A stretch of 64,000 nucleotides of DNA from Squalus acanthias. Lineage: Eukaryota. The stretch covers positions 434,001 through 498,000 of the forward strand of contig JASTWF010000323.1 in NCBI GenBank assembly GCA_030390025.1, read 5' to 3'. The notes below the pieces were generated by a model. The model was given only the letters and a program-made list of their open reading frames with translations. It was not told the origin of the DNA and searched no databases. Each line of letters opens with the position of its first letter. Within the stretch, counting starts at the first letter, position 1. Positions 37,501 through 47,345 of the stretch are shown here, one piece after another. Position numbers and translations under genes: made by a program.

Positions 37501-37575
37501 TAAAATGCTCCCGCCTCAATGCAGCAATATCATTCCCAGAGGCGCCTGGAATACACTGCTCCCGCCTCAGTCCAG
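34520..37575. repeat. 51-bp tandem satellite
   Basis: About 60 diverged copies of CCCAGGGCCGCCTAGATTACACTGCTCCCGCCTCAGTCCAGGAATTTCATT. Confidence 0.95.
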
Positions 37576-37609
37576 ACAAATCCTACACTATCGAGACTGC
37601 TCATTTCAC

Positions 37610-37925
37610 AGGCACGGTGCATGTACACAGACAGAGAAGCTCATGTAAAGATGCTATGTCCGACACGGGCCCAGACAGCTCCTCCACATACACAGACTTC
37701 TACGATCACAGACCAGAAAGCTCCAACACTGAAACAGCTAGCTACTTTCACAGACCCAGAAAGTTCCTACACAGACCAGACAGCTCCTCCACATATACAG
37801 ACATCTACTATCACAGATCCAGACAACTGGTACACAGTCCCAGATAGCTACTTTCACAGACCCAGAAAGTTTCTACACAGACGCAGGCAGCTCCTATACC
37901 GATTCAGACATAACCTACTCAAGCC
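37610..37925. repeat. Low-complexity tandem repeat (ACAGACCCAGA..CTAC units)
   Basis: Short, irregular A/C-rich repeats. Confidence 0.7.
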
Positions 37926-38866
37926 CTAAACACCGCGCAGTTCATTAATTCGAAATATGTTAACCTTTTCTTAAATCCACTCCTTTATATGAGCTGTTGC
38001 CCTGAATTTACTCACAATTCTCCAAACAGCAAGGACTTAGGCGGCACCAGCGGCCGCGTGGCCTAAACCACACTCGATGATTATGGCCTGTGCCCCTGCA
38101 TTGTTCATACCTTGTTAAAATTAAAACAGACCCCTGGAATTCTTCAACTTCTTGAATGAAGGTGGAACAGCGATCGCGAATCGGTGATTGAACATTCCGC
38201 CCCCCCCTCTCTTCGTTCTTCCTGCCACTGAAACTGGCACCGAAATCAAGACTAGCGGGAAAACAAATGATTAGGGAGCAGAAACATAACTTTCTCCTTC
38301 AGGAAGAAATGTAATTGCAAAAATATTTATCAACCTTAATGACGTCATTATCTGTTTTAGTGTCTTTGGTTGAGAGATACATAATAGGCAGTACAATGGG
38401 GAGAAATCCTTGTTCTCCTCGACATCCTCTCATGGGATCTGAGGTCTCGGTTTAACGTCTTATCAGAAAGACAGCACCGCCGACAGTGCAGCACTCCCTC
38501 AGTACTTCACCGGAGTGTCAGCCTGGATTATGTGCTCAAATTTCTGAAGTGTGGCTTGAGTTTGCTACCGCTGAGCCACGGCTGAAACCTAAACACAGTT
38601 CATTCGGCTGGAGTGAAATGACGGAGATAAAGCGAAAAATGATAATGGAGTAAACCTTCAACTTGAAGCCCGAGAATAAATCGCGCATCGCAATCGGCCG
38701 CCCGATTTATGTTGCCATCGATTTCATAAGCAATGATAATCATGCCGTTTCTATAATGGGCGGGGTCGTGGTCAGTTGCGGAACATTCTTTGACTGTTTA
38801 AACCTGGAGTGCTCACAGTCCCAGATCATTCTGTGTGTTAGGTTTTTTAAAGGAGTGCGATTTCAG

Positions 38867-38950
38867 CTGTGATGACCTTTGTTGTTAAGAGTGCTGTGTT
38901 ACGAAGTAGCATTGGGTCTCCCTGCGCTGGTGCGAACCCAGCTCGCAGAG
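38867..38950 (+). pseudogene. tRNA-Ser(CGA)-type relic
   Basis: GCTGTGATGAC..TTAAG..CGAA..ATTGGGTCTCCCTGCGCTGGTGCGAACCCAGCTCGCAG. Confidence 0.6.
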
Positions 38951-39067
38951 GTTATGTTCGTTAATTCGAAATATGTTCATCTTTTCCATAATCCAGTCCT
39001 TTATATGACTTGTTTCCCTGAATCTCCTCACAATTCTCCCCACAACAAGAGGCTGGGTGACAGCAGC

Positions 39068-39156
39068 GGCCCCGTGGCCTAATGGATAAGGCATCTGACA
39101 TCGGTGCTGATTGTTCAGTTATCAGAAGATTGCAGGTTTAAGTTTTGCCGCGGTCG
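39068..39156 (+). tRNA. tRNA-Arg(TCG) with a 16-nt intron at 37/38 (mutated, probably a pseudogene)
   Basis: GGCCCCGTGGCCTAATGGATAAGGCATCTGACATCGG[TGCTGATTGTTCAGTT]ATCAGAAGATTGCAGGTTTAAGTTTTGCCGCGGTCG. Confidence 0.85.
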
Positions 39157-39401
39157 TTCAACTCATTGGGCGACACGTATTCTTCTCTGTTCTGAATCTG
39201 GCTTGAAATCGACCATTTCTGCCAGTACCTCACCTGAAGTAACGGAAGGCCTTTTGCTTAGATGAAGCTGATTGTGCATTTTCACCATTGTAGATCTGTG
39301 TGCACGGGCAAGACAGGCGGTGAAGGGGACATAATTTCACAATATTTCTGCTTAGATGCAAATAGCAGGAAATAGAATGGCTGAGAGCGGTGCAGCTGTA
39401 A

Positions 39402-39474
39402 GATGAGGTGGTCGAGAGGTTAAGCCGATGGACATTGTGCGCTGCACGCATGGGTTCAAATCCCATCTTCAGTG
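39402..39474 (+). pseudogene. tRNA-Ser(GCT) with anticodon loop deleted
   Basis: GATGAGGTGGTCGAGAGGTTAAGCCGATGGAC^ATTGTGCGCTGCACGCATGGGTTCAAATCCCATC. Confidence 0.8.
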
Positions 39475-40370
39475 TTATTGCGTTAAACGTTTGAGGCTGA
39501 TAAACCTTCCGGAGCATTTCAAATGAATTTTATGGAAAACAGACTTTGAATCGTAATCTCGTCAAATCTATTCTGGTGTTTCTGGTTTCTTCAACTTCTT
39601 GAATAAACGAAGAACAGCGATCGCGAATCGGAGATATAACTTTCCCTCCCTCTCTTCCCTGTTCCTTCCTCTGAGTTTGGCACCGAAATCAAGACCAGCG
39701 GGAAAAAAAGATTAGGGAGAATAAACATAACTTTACCGTTTTGGAAGAAAGATAATTTCAAAAATATTTCTCAACCTTAATGAAGAGATTATCTGCTTTA
39801 GTGTCTTTGGTTGAGAGATAAATAATGGACAGTACGATGGGGAGACATACTGTCATGGGATCTGTGGCCTCGGTTTAACGTCTTATCAGAAACATGGCAC
39901 CGCCGACAGTGCAGCACTCCCTCAGTACTGCACCGGAGTGTCAGCCTGGATTATGAGTTCAAGTCTCTGGAGTGGGGCCTAAGTTTGTTAACGCTGAGCC
40001 ACGGCTGACACCTAAATTCTTTTCATTCGGCTGGATTGAAATGACGGAGATAAAGGGAGAAATGATAGTTGAGTAAACCTTCAACTTGGCGCCCACGAAT
40101 AAACCGGGCATCGTAAACGGCCGCTCGATTTATGTTGCCATCGATATCATAAGCAATGATAATCAGGCCGTTTCTGTAATGGGCGGGGTCATGGTCTGTT
40201 GCGGATCACTCTCTTTCTGAAAAAGCGGAGTTCTCACAGTCCGGATCATTCTGTGTCTGTTTAAACCGGGAGTGAACACATTCGCGGATCATACTGTGTA
40301 TTAGTCTTTTTAAAAGTACAGCGATTTCAGCTGCGATGACCTTGTTGTTGATGTTTAATTAAGTGTGGCG

Positions 40371-40461
40371 GGGCTCGTTCGGGTTTTGAACCTAAGATCT
40401 CTTGCAATTTATCAACAGTTAAATTTCCGAAGTGAGAATCATACCGCTTAAACAACGAGCC
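40371..40461 (-). tRNA. tRNA-Pro(CGG) with a 19-nt intron at 37/38 (mutated)
   Basis: GGCTCGTTGTTTAAGCGGTATGATTCTCACTTCGGA[AATTTAACTGTTGATAAAT]TGCAAGAGATCTTAGGTTCAAAACCCGAACGAGCCC. Confidence 0.85.
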
Positions 40462-41138
40462 GCCGATGCTGACATCGACCTTTCCCTCGCCCTCTTCCTT
40501 CCTTTAAGACTGGCCTCGAAATCAAGACTAGCGGGAAATCAAATGATTAGGAAGCTGAAACAAAGCTTTAACCTTTAACAGGAAATGCAATTTCAATAAT
40601 ATTTATCAACCTTAATGACGAGATTAGCTGTTTTACTGTCTTTGGTTGAGGGATAAATAATGGGCAGTACAATGGGGAGAAATCATCGTTCTGTTTAACA
40701 TACTGTCATGTGATCTGAGGTCTCGGTTTAACGTCTCATCAGAAAAACGGCACCGCCGACAGTGCAGCACTCGAATCAGTTTATAAACTGGAGTGAATGT
40801 GTCAGCAACCTGTGGGCAGGCAGCAGAGGCTGAGGCTGTGTCACATGGGAGCAGAAGACCATATGCTTCCCACGGTCCCTTCCCGTGCAAGCGCAGGAGT
40901 TGCTACACCTGCCCTTTTATCTCCTCCCATCCCTGGTACTTTTACTTCTTTCAATTCAGTATACTGTATTCGCTGCACACGATGTGGTCTCCACTAGTTT
41001 GGGGAGACCAAACAGAGATTGGTTGATCGCTTTATGGAATACCTCCATAACATCTGCAAGCGTGACTCTGAGCTTCTGTGCTTGGCCTCCTACACTGCTC
41101 TAATTAAGCTCAACGGAAGCTCGAGAAACAGCACCATG

Positions 41139-41904
41139 AATGGCCCAGAAATTAAACAGTGAGGGTTCCCGCGGGGGTAAGTAATCCCCGCGATATCGCG
41201 CTCCACGCATACCGTTTTGCTCCGGGCCCACACGAACTTTAGTTTGAAAGGCTCTCTCTCTTGGAACCGTGCAGTACGTTCATGACCCAGAGACGCAATT
41301 AGTTTGCGCGAGCTCTGGGATCACGTGATTCAGTTAGAGCCAATGGCAGCACGCCATATTTCATTCATAGTTTTGACAGGAAGACCTGTCAAAGCTATGA
41401 ATACTGCACCCCCCCCAAAAGAACAGCTAAACCGCAATTAAATTAAAAAAGCCATCACATTAATAAAATAAGTATAGTTAAATAAATTAATCACTTTAAA
41501 CAAAAAATTAAATTTCTGAAATTAGTTTACATTTTTTTAAAAGTTATAAAAATAAACTTACCTTTCTTTAAATCTCTAAAAAAGATAAACCTGTTGAATA
41601 AAATTAAAAATAACACTTAATTAACTACTTACCTTGTTAAAATGGGGTCCTACGCCTGCTTTCTTTATGTGTGAAATCTTCACCACTGACCTGCGCGTTC
41701 AAAGCTGAAAAAATAACTAAGTGCACTGCGTGCGCACAGCCTGTAGCGCGCACGCGGTTCACTTAGGACCCGCCCCCTTTTGAATTCACGAACTGCCGGT
41801 TTCCCGCACATGCGCAGTGCATGCAGGAAACTGGCAATTGGAGACCTAATACGCGAGAGTACACAGTGCGTACTCTCGCGTATTAGGTCTAATTTTCGGG
41901 CAAT
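41139..41904. mobile_element. MITE-like TIR element, copy 3
   Basis: AATGGCCCAGAAATT ... AATTTTCGGGCAAT; perfect 21-bp subterminal hairpin at 41842-41890. Confidence 0.8.
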
Positions 41905-41989
41905 CGTGTTCCTGACTGCCCTCCATCACACCACGTCGGCAGAAATACAATCAGTCAGGAAGGCATTACAACAAAGATCACAGCAAAAT

Positions 41990-42920
41990 ACAGCTAAGAC
42001 AATGAGGTGGGGTCACAGGGGGTCCAACGTATCAAATGCTGCAGTCTGCAGTTATGGAAATCACATCTGTGAACGAGACAACGACGACTCTAGTCTGGAT
42101 GACTCTACGTCATGTAGCGTGACATGAAACCAAGATCCCGGTTGAGGCCGCCCTCATGGGTTCGGAACTTGGCTATCAGTTTCTGCTCAATGATTTTGCG
42201 TTGTCCTGTGTCTCGAAGGCCGCCTTGGAGAACGCTTACCCGCAGATCCGAGGCTGAATGTCCTTGACTGCTGAAGTGTTCCCCGACTGGGAGGTAACAA
42301 TCCTGCTTGGCGATTGTTGCGTGATGTCCGTTCATATGTTGTCTCAGTGTCTGCATGGTCTTGTCGATGTACCATGCTGCAGTGCATCCTTTCCTGCAAC
42401 GTATGAGGTAGACAACGTTGGCCGAGTCACATGAGTATGTACCATGTACCTGGTGGGTAGTGTCCTCACGTGTGATGATGGTATCGGTATTGATGATGTG
42501 GCATGTCTTGCAGAGGTTGCCGTGGCAGGGTTGTGTGGTGTCGTGGTCGCTGTTCTCCTCACAGCTGGGTAATTTGCTGTGAATGATGGTACTTTTGAGG
42601 TTCGGCGGCTACTTGAAGGTGAGTAGTGGAGGCGTGGGGATGGCCTTAGCAAGGTGTTCGTCGTCATCGATGACAAGTTGAAGGCTGCGAAGAACATGGC
42701 GTAGTTTCTCCGCTCCGGCGAAGTACTGGACGACGTAGGGTACTCTGTTGGTTGTGTCCCGTGTTCGGCTTCTGAGGAGATCTATGCGATGGTACATACT
42801 CATGTGACTCGGCCAACGTTGTCTACCTCATAAGTTGCAGGAGAGGATGCCCCGGGGCATGGTACATCGGCTAGACCATGCAGACACTGTGACAACGTAT
42901 GAACGGACACCGTGCAACAC
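41990..42920 (-). mobile_element. Penelope-like element, GIY-YIG 3' part, with an inverted 5' segment
   Basis: Highly similar to 54807-55500; VGEHFS..SDLRVSVL..EQKLIAKFRTHEGGLNRD; 42790-42920 is an inverted copy of the GIY-YIG region. Confidence 0.9.
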
Positions 42921-42924
42921 CGTG

Positions 42925-43970
42925 CCCTGTCTATAGCATGCTACTTCCGCTTTTTAGCATGTATGTAGTCCTGTGTTGCACCTTCCCCAGGTTGGCTCCT
43001 CATTTTTGGTTACGCCTGGTGCTGCTCCTGGAATGCTCTTCTACACTCCTTATTGAACCAGGGTTGGTCCCGTGGCTTGATGGTAATGGTAGAGCGAGGG
43101 TTATGCCGGGCCATGAGGTTGCTGATTGTGGGTAGAATACAATTCTGCTGCAGCAACGGCGCACAGCACCGCATGGATGCCCACTTCTGAGCTGCTAGAT
43201 CTGTTCGGAATCTATCACATTTAGCACGGTGGTAGTGTCACACAATACGATGGAGAGTGTCCAGAATATGAAGAAGCGAATTCGTCTCCACAATAACTGT
43301 GCGGTGGTCACTGCTGCCACTGTAATGTACAGATGCATCTGCGACAGGTAGATTGGTGAGGACGAGGACAAGTCGATTTTTCCCTCGTAATGGTTCTACA
43401 ACCACATGTCGCAGGTGCAGACTGGCAGTTCTGCCCTTCAGGACTCGGCCAGCTCAGTCAGTAGTGGTGCTACCGAGCCACTCATTTTTATGGACATTGA
43501 AGCCCCCCACCCAGAGTACATTATGTGCCCTTGCACAGTGCTTCTTCCAAAAGGTGTTCAATATCAGCTGAGGGAGTGCGGTGGGTGGTAATCAGCAGCA
43601 GGTTTCCTTGCCAAGAGACTTAATGGGGTTTGGAGACATTGTTGCGGAATCCCAAGGCCTCGCTTTCCCAACTTTATACCACAGTGCCTCTGGCATAAGT
43701 CCTCAGATGTTGGTGAGAGTCGACTGGATTGGGTGTGCTGGTGTTTCCGTAAGCGGAGGTGACGAGCGCGATGCCGGGTGGTCCGTCCTGTTTCATTCTT
43801 ACTGTTTTTCGTAGCGGTTTGGTACAACTGAGGGGATGGCTTCCTAGGCAAATTCAGAGGCAGTTAAGAGTCAACCACATTGCTCTGTGTCTGGAGTCAC
43901 ATATAGGCCAGACCAGGTAAGGACGTCAGAGTTCCTGCCGTAAAGGACATTAGTGAACCAAATGTGTTTT
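42925..43970 (-). mobile_element. LINE fragment, same family as 4780-6731 (5' region and APE)
   Basis: Reverse-complement homology to about 4930-5950. Confidence 0.85.
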
Positions 43971-43984
43971 TACAGTGTTTTCGG

Positions 43985-44700
43985 CCCCTTGTTATTCCTT
44001 ATCTCCACCCATACTCATTCTAATTCCTGATCTTCGGAGCCGAGATCCTTTCTCGCTACTGTCCTTAAGTCATCCTTTATTATCAGGGCTAGACCCCCTC
44101 CTTTTCCATTCTGCCTCTTTAGTGAGGGATTTCTAGAGCTTAGGGCCGAGGCAGCTGAAAGCACGGCCACCAATGGTGGAGCGATTAAAATGGGGTGGCG
44201 CAAGAGGCCAGAATTGGAGGAGCGCAGAGATCGCGGAGGGTTGTAGGGCTGGAAGAGGTTACAGAGATAGGGAGGAGCGAGGCTATGGAGGGACTTGAAA
44301 ACAAGGATGACAAATTTAATATCGAAGTGTTGCTTAACCGGAAGCCAATGTAAGTCAGCGAGCTCAGGGGCGATGTGTGAACGGGACTAGCTGCGAGTTA
44401 GCAGTTTGGGATGATTTGAAGTTTACGGAAGGTGGAAGATGTGAGGACAGCCAGGAATACAGCACAGAATGAGGTCATTCGGTCTATATTGCCTGTACTG
44501 GTCTATGAAAGACCTGTACAATTATTCTGTCACATCTGCTCTTTCCCCAGAGCTCTGTAAATGATTACCATTGGTGTATTTAGCCAATGCCCTTCTTAAA
44601 GTTACTATTGAGTCTGCTTCAAACACACTTTCAGGCAGCGCGTTGCAGGTCACAACAACTTGCTGAGTAAAAAAAAGTTTCCTCCTGTCGCCTCTGGTCT
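43985..44700 (-). mobile_element. Patchwork of LINE fragments (CR1 APE piece, L2-like 3' piece, CR1 tail)
   Basis: RQNGKGGGLALIIKD; GAAGCCAATGTAAGTC L2-like segment; CR1-type 3' sequence. Confidence 0.65.
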
Positions 44701-44952
44701 TATATCAAACATCTCAAACGTCATGTCCAAATTCACCTTTTGCTCCCAAACATGCTGCGCTCAGCTCATGTCATGTCTCAAATTACGAATATATACTTCA
44801 AAAGGGAAACATTTGTACTACTATGGGGTGTGGGACTAATTAGACAGCTCTTTCAGAGAGCTAGCAGAGGCACGATGGGTCGAATGGCTTTCTTCACGAA
44901 TGCCGGATTCTGAGATTGTAATGCTTCATGTGGGGAAAGGCTTTTTGCCGGC

Positions 44953-45027
44953 GGCTCGTTGGTCTAGGTGTATGATTCTCGCTTCGGGGTTGTTATAGTT
45001 GAAATGCGAGAGATCCCGGACGAGCCC
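44953..45027 (+). pseudogene. tRNA-Pro(CGG) with a 16-nt intron; T-arm deleted
   Basis: GGCTCGTTGGTCTAGGTGTATGATTCTCGCTTCGGG[GTTGTTATAGTTGAAA]TGCGAGAGATCCCGGACGAGCCC. Confidence 0.85.
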
Positions 45028-45209
45028 CATTTATTATTAATGAAAAATTAACTTCTTACAGCTTATCGACACTGCGGAAAACAACATTCCTTAAAAGAAA
45101 AAAGCAGATTTCGCGCCGTTTTCTACACATCGTCCGAAATTCCCGAGCTTCACGGGAGCAACTTGAAAAGCAACCAGCCTGGTAACTGAAAAGGCTTTGC
45201 GCTCTAATC

Positions 45210-45311
45210 GACTCTGTTGCGCAATGGAGATCTCATTGGATTTGTGAATCAAGAAGAATGAATTAAGATGAAGTTTTGAGAGGTTGTGGTTGCGAGTCCT
45301 GATTCACGTCA
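45210..45311 (+). pseudogene. tRNA-Arg(TCT)-type intron-containing relic
   Basis: GACTCTGTTGCGCAATGGA..CATTGGA..insert..AGGTTGTGGTTGCGAGTCC. Confidence 0.6.
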
Positions 45312-45369
45312 AGGGTCGTTGATTCCGGGGCTCGACAGGGAGATTTTGCAGCAAAACTTCAACTCTTTC

Positions 45370-45812
45370 TTGGGCAGTCTCTCGGAACCGAGGATGACTT
45401 GCTTCCACGTTAAAAATGAGTTCTCAGGTGAATGATGAGTCCAATGCGGGACCTACCGTGTCTGTCACATGTGGGGCAGACGGTGGTTGAAGTGGCGGTT
45501 CGGTGGGTTGACTTGCGCTTTGCTTCCGCTTGCTCCCGACATATAGATTCGAGTTGTTCGGTGCCTTCCCGGATGATTCTCCTCCACTTTGTGCGCGTCT
45601 TGGGCTAGGGACTCCCAGGTGTCAGTGGGGATGTTGCACTTTTTCAAGGAAGCTTTGAGGGTCTCCTTGAAGCGTTTCCTCTGTCCACCTGGGGCTTTTT
45701 TGCCGTTTCAGATCTCCGAGTAGAGCGTTTGTTTGGGGAGTCTCGTATCAGGTATGCGGACGATATGACTTGTCCATCGGTGCTGATCGTTGGCGTGAGC
45801 GAGAACACAACT
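45370..45812 (-). mobile_element. RTE-clade LINE 3' end
   Basis: GGQRKRFK.TLKASLKKCNIPTDTWESLAQD; GGAAGCAAGTCATCCTCG tail. Confidence 0.85.
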
Positions 45813-46159
45813 TCAACTGGTTGATTAATTTGCTTCAGGAAGGGAAACTGCCGCCCCGACACTTCCTATTACACAAATGACTCCAGTCACAACCCACTTT
45901 CCCTCGGAGCTGGATTGACGAACCGCTCCCCAGAAGGAAAGTCACCACCTGCTCAGGGCAACTCTTGGAAAACAAATTAAAGAGATGATCAAACTAAAGT
46001 CAGTCTGCTGGGCGCTCAGACTGGTTTCACACTGGACACATGCAGCCAGCTGAAAGACAACGAGTCACTGACAGCAGTGACGGGCAGAAACAGCACCGCC
46101 TCCCACGGCTGATCAGCATTCCTTTCAGACCGGTTCAGGAAGAGAGCTTGAAACAGCGG

Positions 46160-46241
46160 CGCTGGGAGCAGGATTCGCATCTGCGCAGAAAAATCCCGCT
46201 CGATTTCAAGTCCAACAAATTAAACAGTCGGTGATCGCAGC
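46160..46241 (-). pseudogene. tRNA-Ser(TGA) pseudogene
   Basis: GCTGCGATC..TTGGACTTGAAATC..GCGCAGATGCGAATCCTGCTCCCAGCG. Confidence 0.7.
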
Positions 46242-46363
46242 TGCAAGCGGCCGGTGCTGCGGCTGTAGATCAGACTGTGTCGGGTCATCACAGGAGCTCT
46301 GTCAGACTGCATCTCCTTTCAGACAGGTTTCTAACTGGACACCTGCAGCGCGGGTCTGTGCGG

Positions 46364-46432
46364 GCATTGCCTGATTAAAGCGGAAGTTTTTTACCTGCCG
46401 TGTTAGTCCCGGGTTGGATTCCAATCAATGCA
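46364..46432 (+). pseudogene. tRNA-Gly(GCC) relic
   Basis: GCATTG...CCTGCC..CCCGGGTTGGATTCC..CAATGCA. Confidence 0.55.
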
Positions 46433-46699
46433 GAACCATCACATTTTGCTTTCGGCACCCCTGAGATCGGCGAATTGGGATACACTTATACGGACACATT
46501 ATCCTCCTAATTAACTGTCTGATTGGAGCAAAGCGGCGCTTTAGAATACAGGTACAGCAGACAAAGTTGTTTCGCTCTCAAGTGCTCTGCTCTGCTCGCA
46601 ATTGAATTCGACCTTGAAGCGGCTCTGGACATTAATCTCACTGAAACAGAGTGTGTCCGCGGTGCGTCTGTCAGCGAGTAGGTGACGAGGTTGGGGTTG

Positions 46700-47335
46700 T
46701 TGTGAAATAACAACAGAAAACACTGGAAAAACTCAGCAGGCCAGGCAACATCCGTGGAGAGAGAAACAGAGTTAACGTTCCAGGTCGAAGACCTTTCGTC
46801 AGAATTGGAAAAAAGCAGGAAATGAAATAGATTTAAAGCAAGTATAATGCTGGGAAAAGGGCGAGGGGATGAAAGAACAAAAGGCAAATCCAGTGGTGGG
46901 AAAGAAAGCAGGATGGATTAAGAGACATTAAGAGATAATCAAGGCAAGGGGAGGTGGTAATGTGGCAGGTAGAGGCTAGATGAAGTGTGAACTGCGCTGG
47001 TAGAATGAAGGGCAAATGCCAGCTTCTGGTTGGGGAAAAAAAGGCCAAACAAAAGGGTGGATGAAAAAATAAAATTAAAATATATATATGTGATAGGGGC
47101 CAAGGTTATGATCTGAAATTGATGAACTAATTTTGAGTAGAGAGGACTGTCGGGTGCCTAAACGAAAGATGAGGTGCTGTTCCTCGAGATTACGCTCAGC
47201 TTCCGTGGAACAATGCAAGAGGCCCAGGACGGTGAGGGGGTCGCTTTCAATCGAGGCTGTGACATGATACAAAGGGGAGGGCTGCTATGAGGTTTGGAAC
47301 ACATTGCCAGTCGGGAGCGGGACAAATCAAAAGGT
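46700..47335 (-). mobile_element. Penelope-like element (second family), 3' end with pseudo-LTR
   Basis: VLGLLHCSTEAERNLEEQHLIFRLGT (GIY-YIG C-terminus), pyrimidine-rich UTR, CTGACGAAAGGTCTTCGACCTGGAACGTTAAC. Confidence 0.75.
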
Positions 47336-47345
47336 ACCAAAAAAA

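Larger units (their letters stand above)
38135..40775. repeat. Tandem segmental duplication: units at about 38135-38885 and 39585-40350, partial third at 40490-40775, each with a DeuSINE fragment
   Basis: TTCTTCAACTTCTTGAAT..GAACAGCGATCGCGAATCGG and CTCGGTTTAACGTCT..CACCGCCGACAGTGCAGCACTC recur. Confidence 0.85.

Noticed and set aside
34904..37648. Repetitive ORFs (PGPPRLHCS / QEFHSQGRLDYTAPAS)
   Set aside because: Open by chance because the unit length of 51 is divisible by 3; frequent stops and frameshifts.
46440..46690. Possible snRNA or other Pol III RNA
   Set aside because: No match by eye to U snRNAs, 5S, 7SL or RNase P sequences I can recognise.
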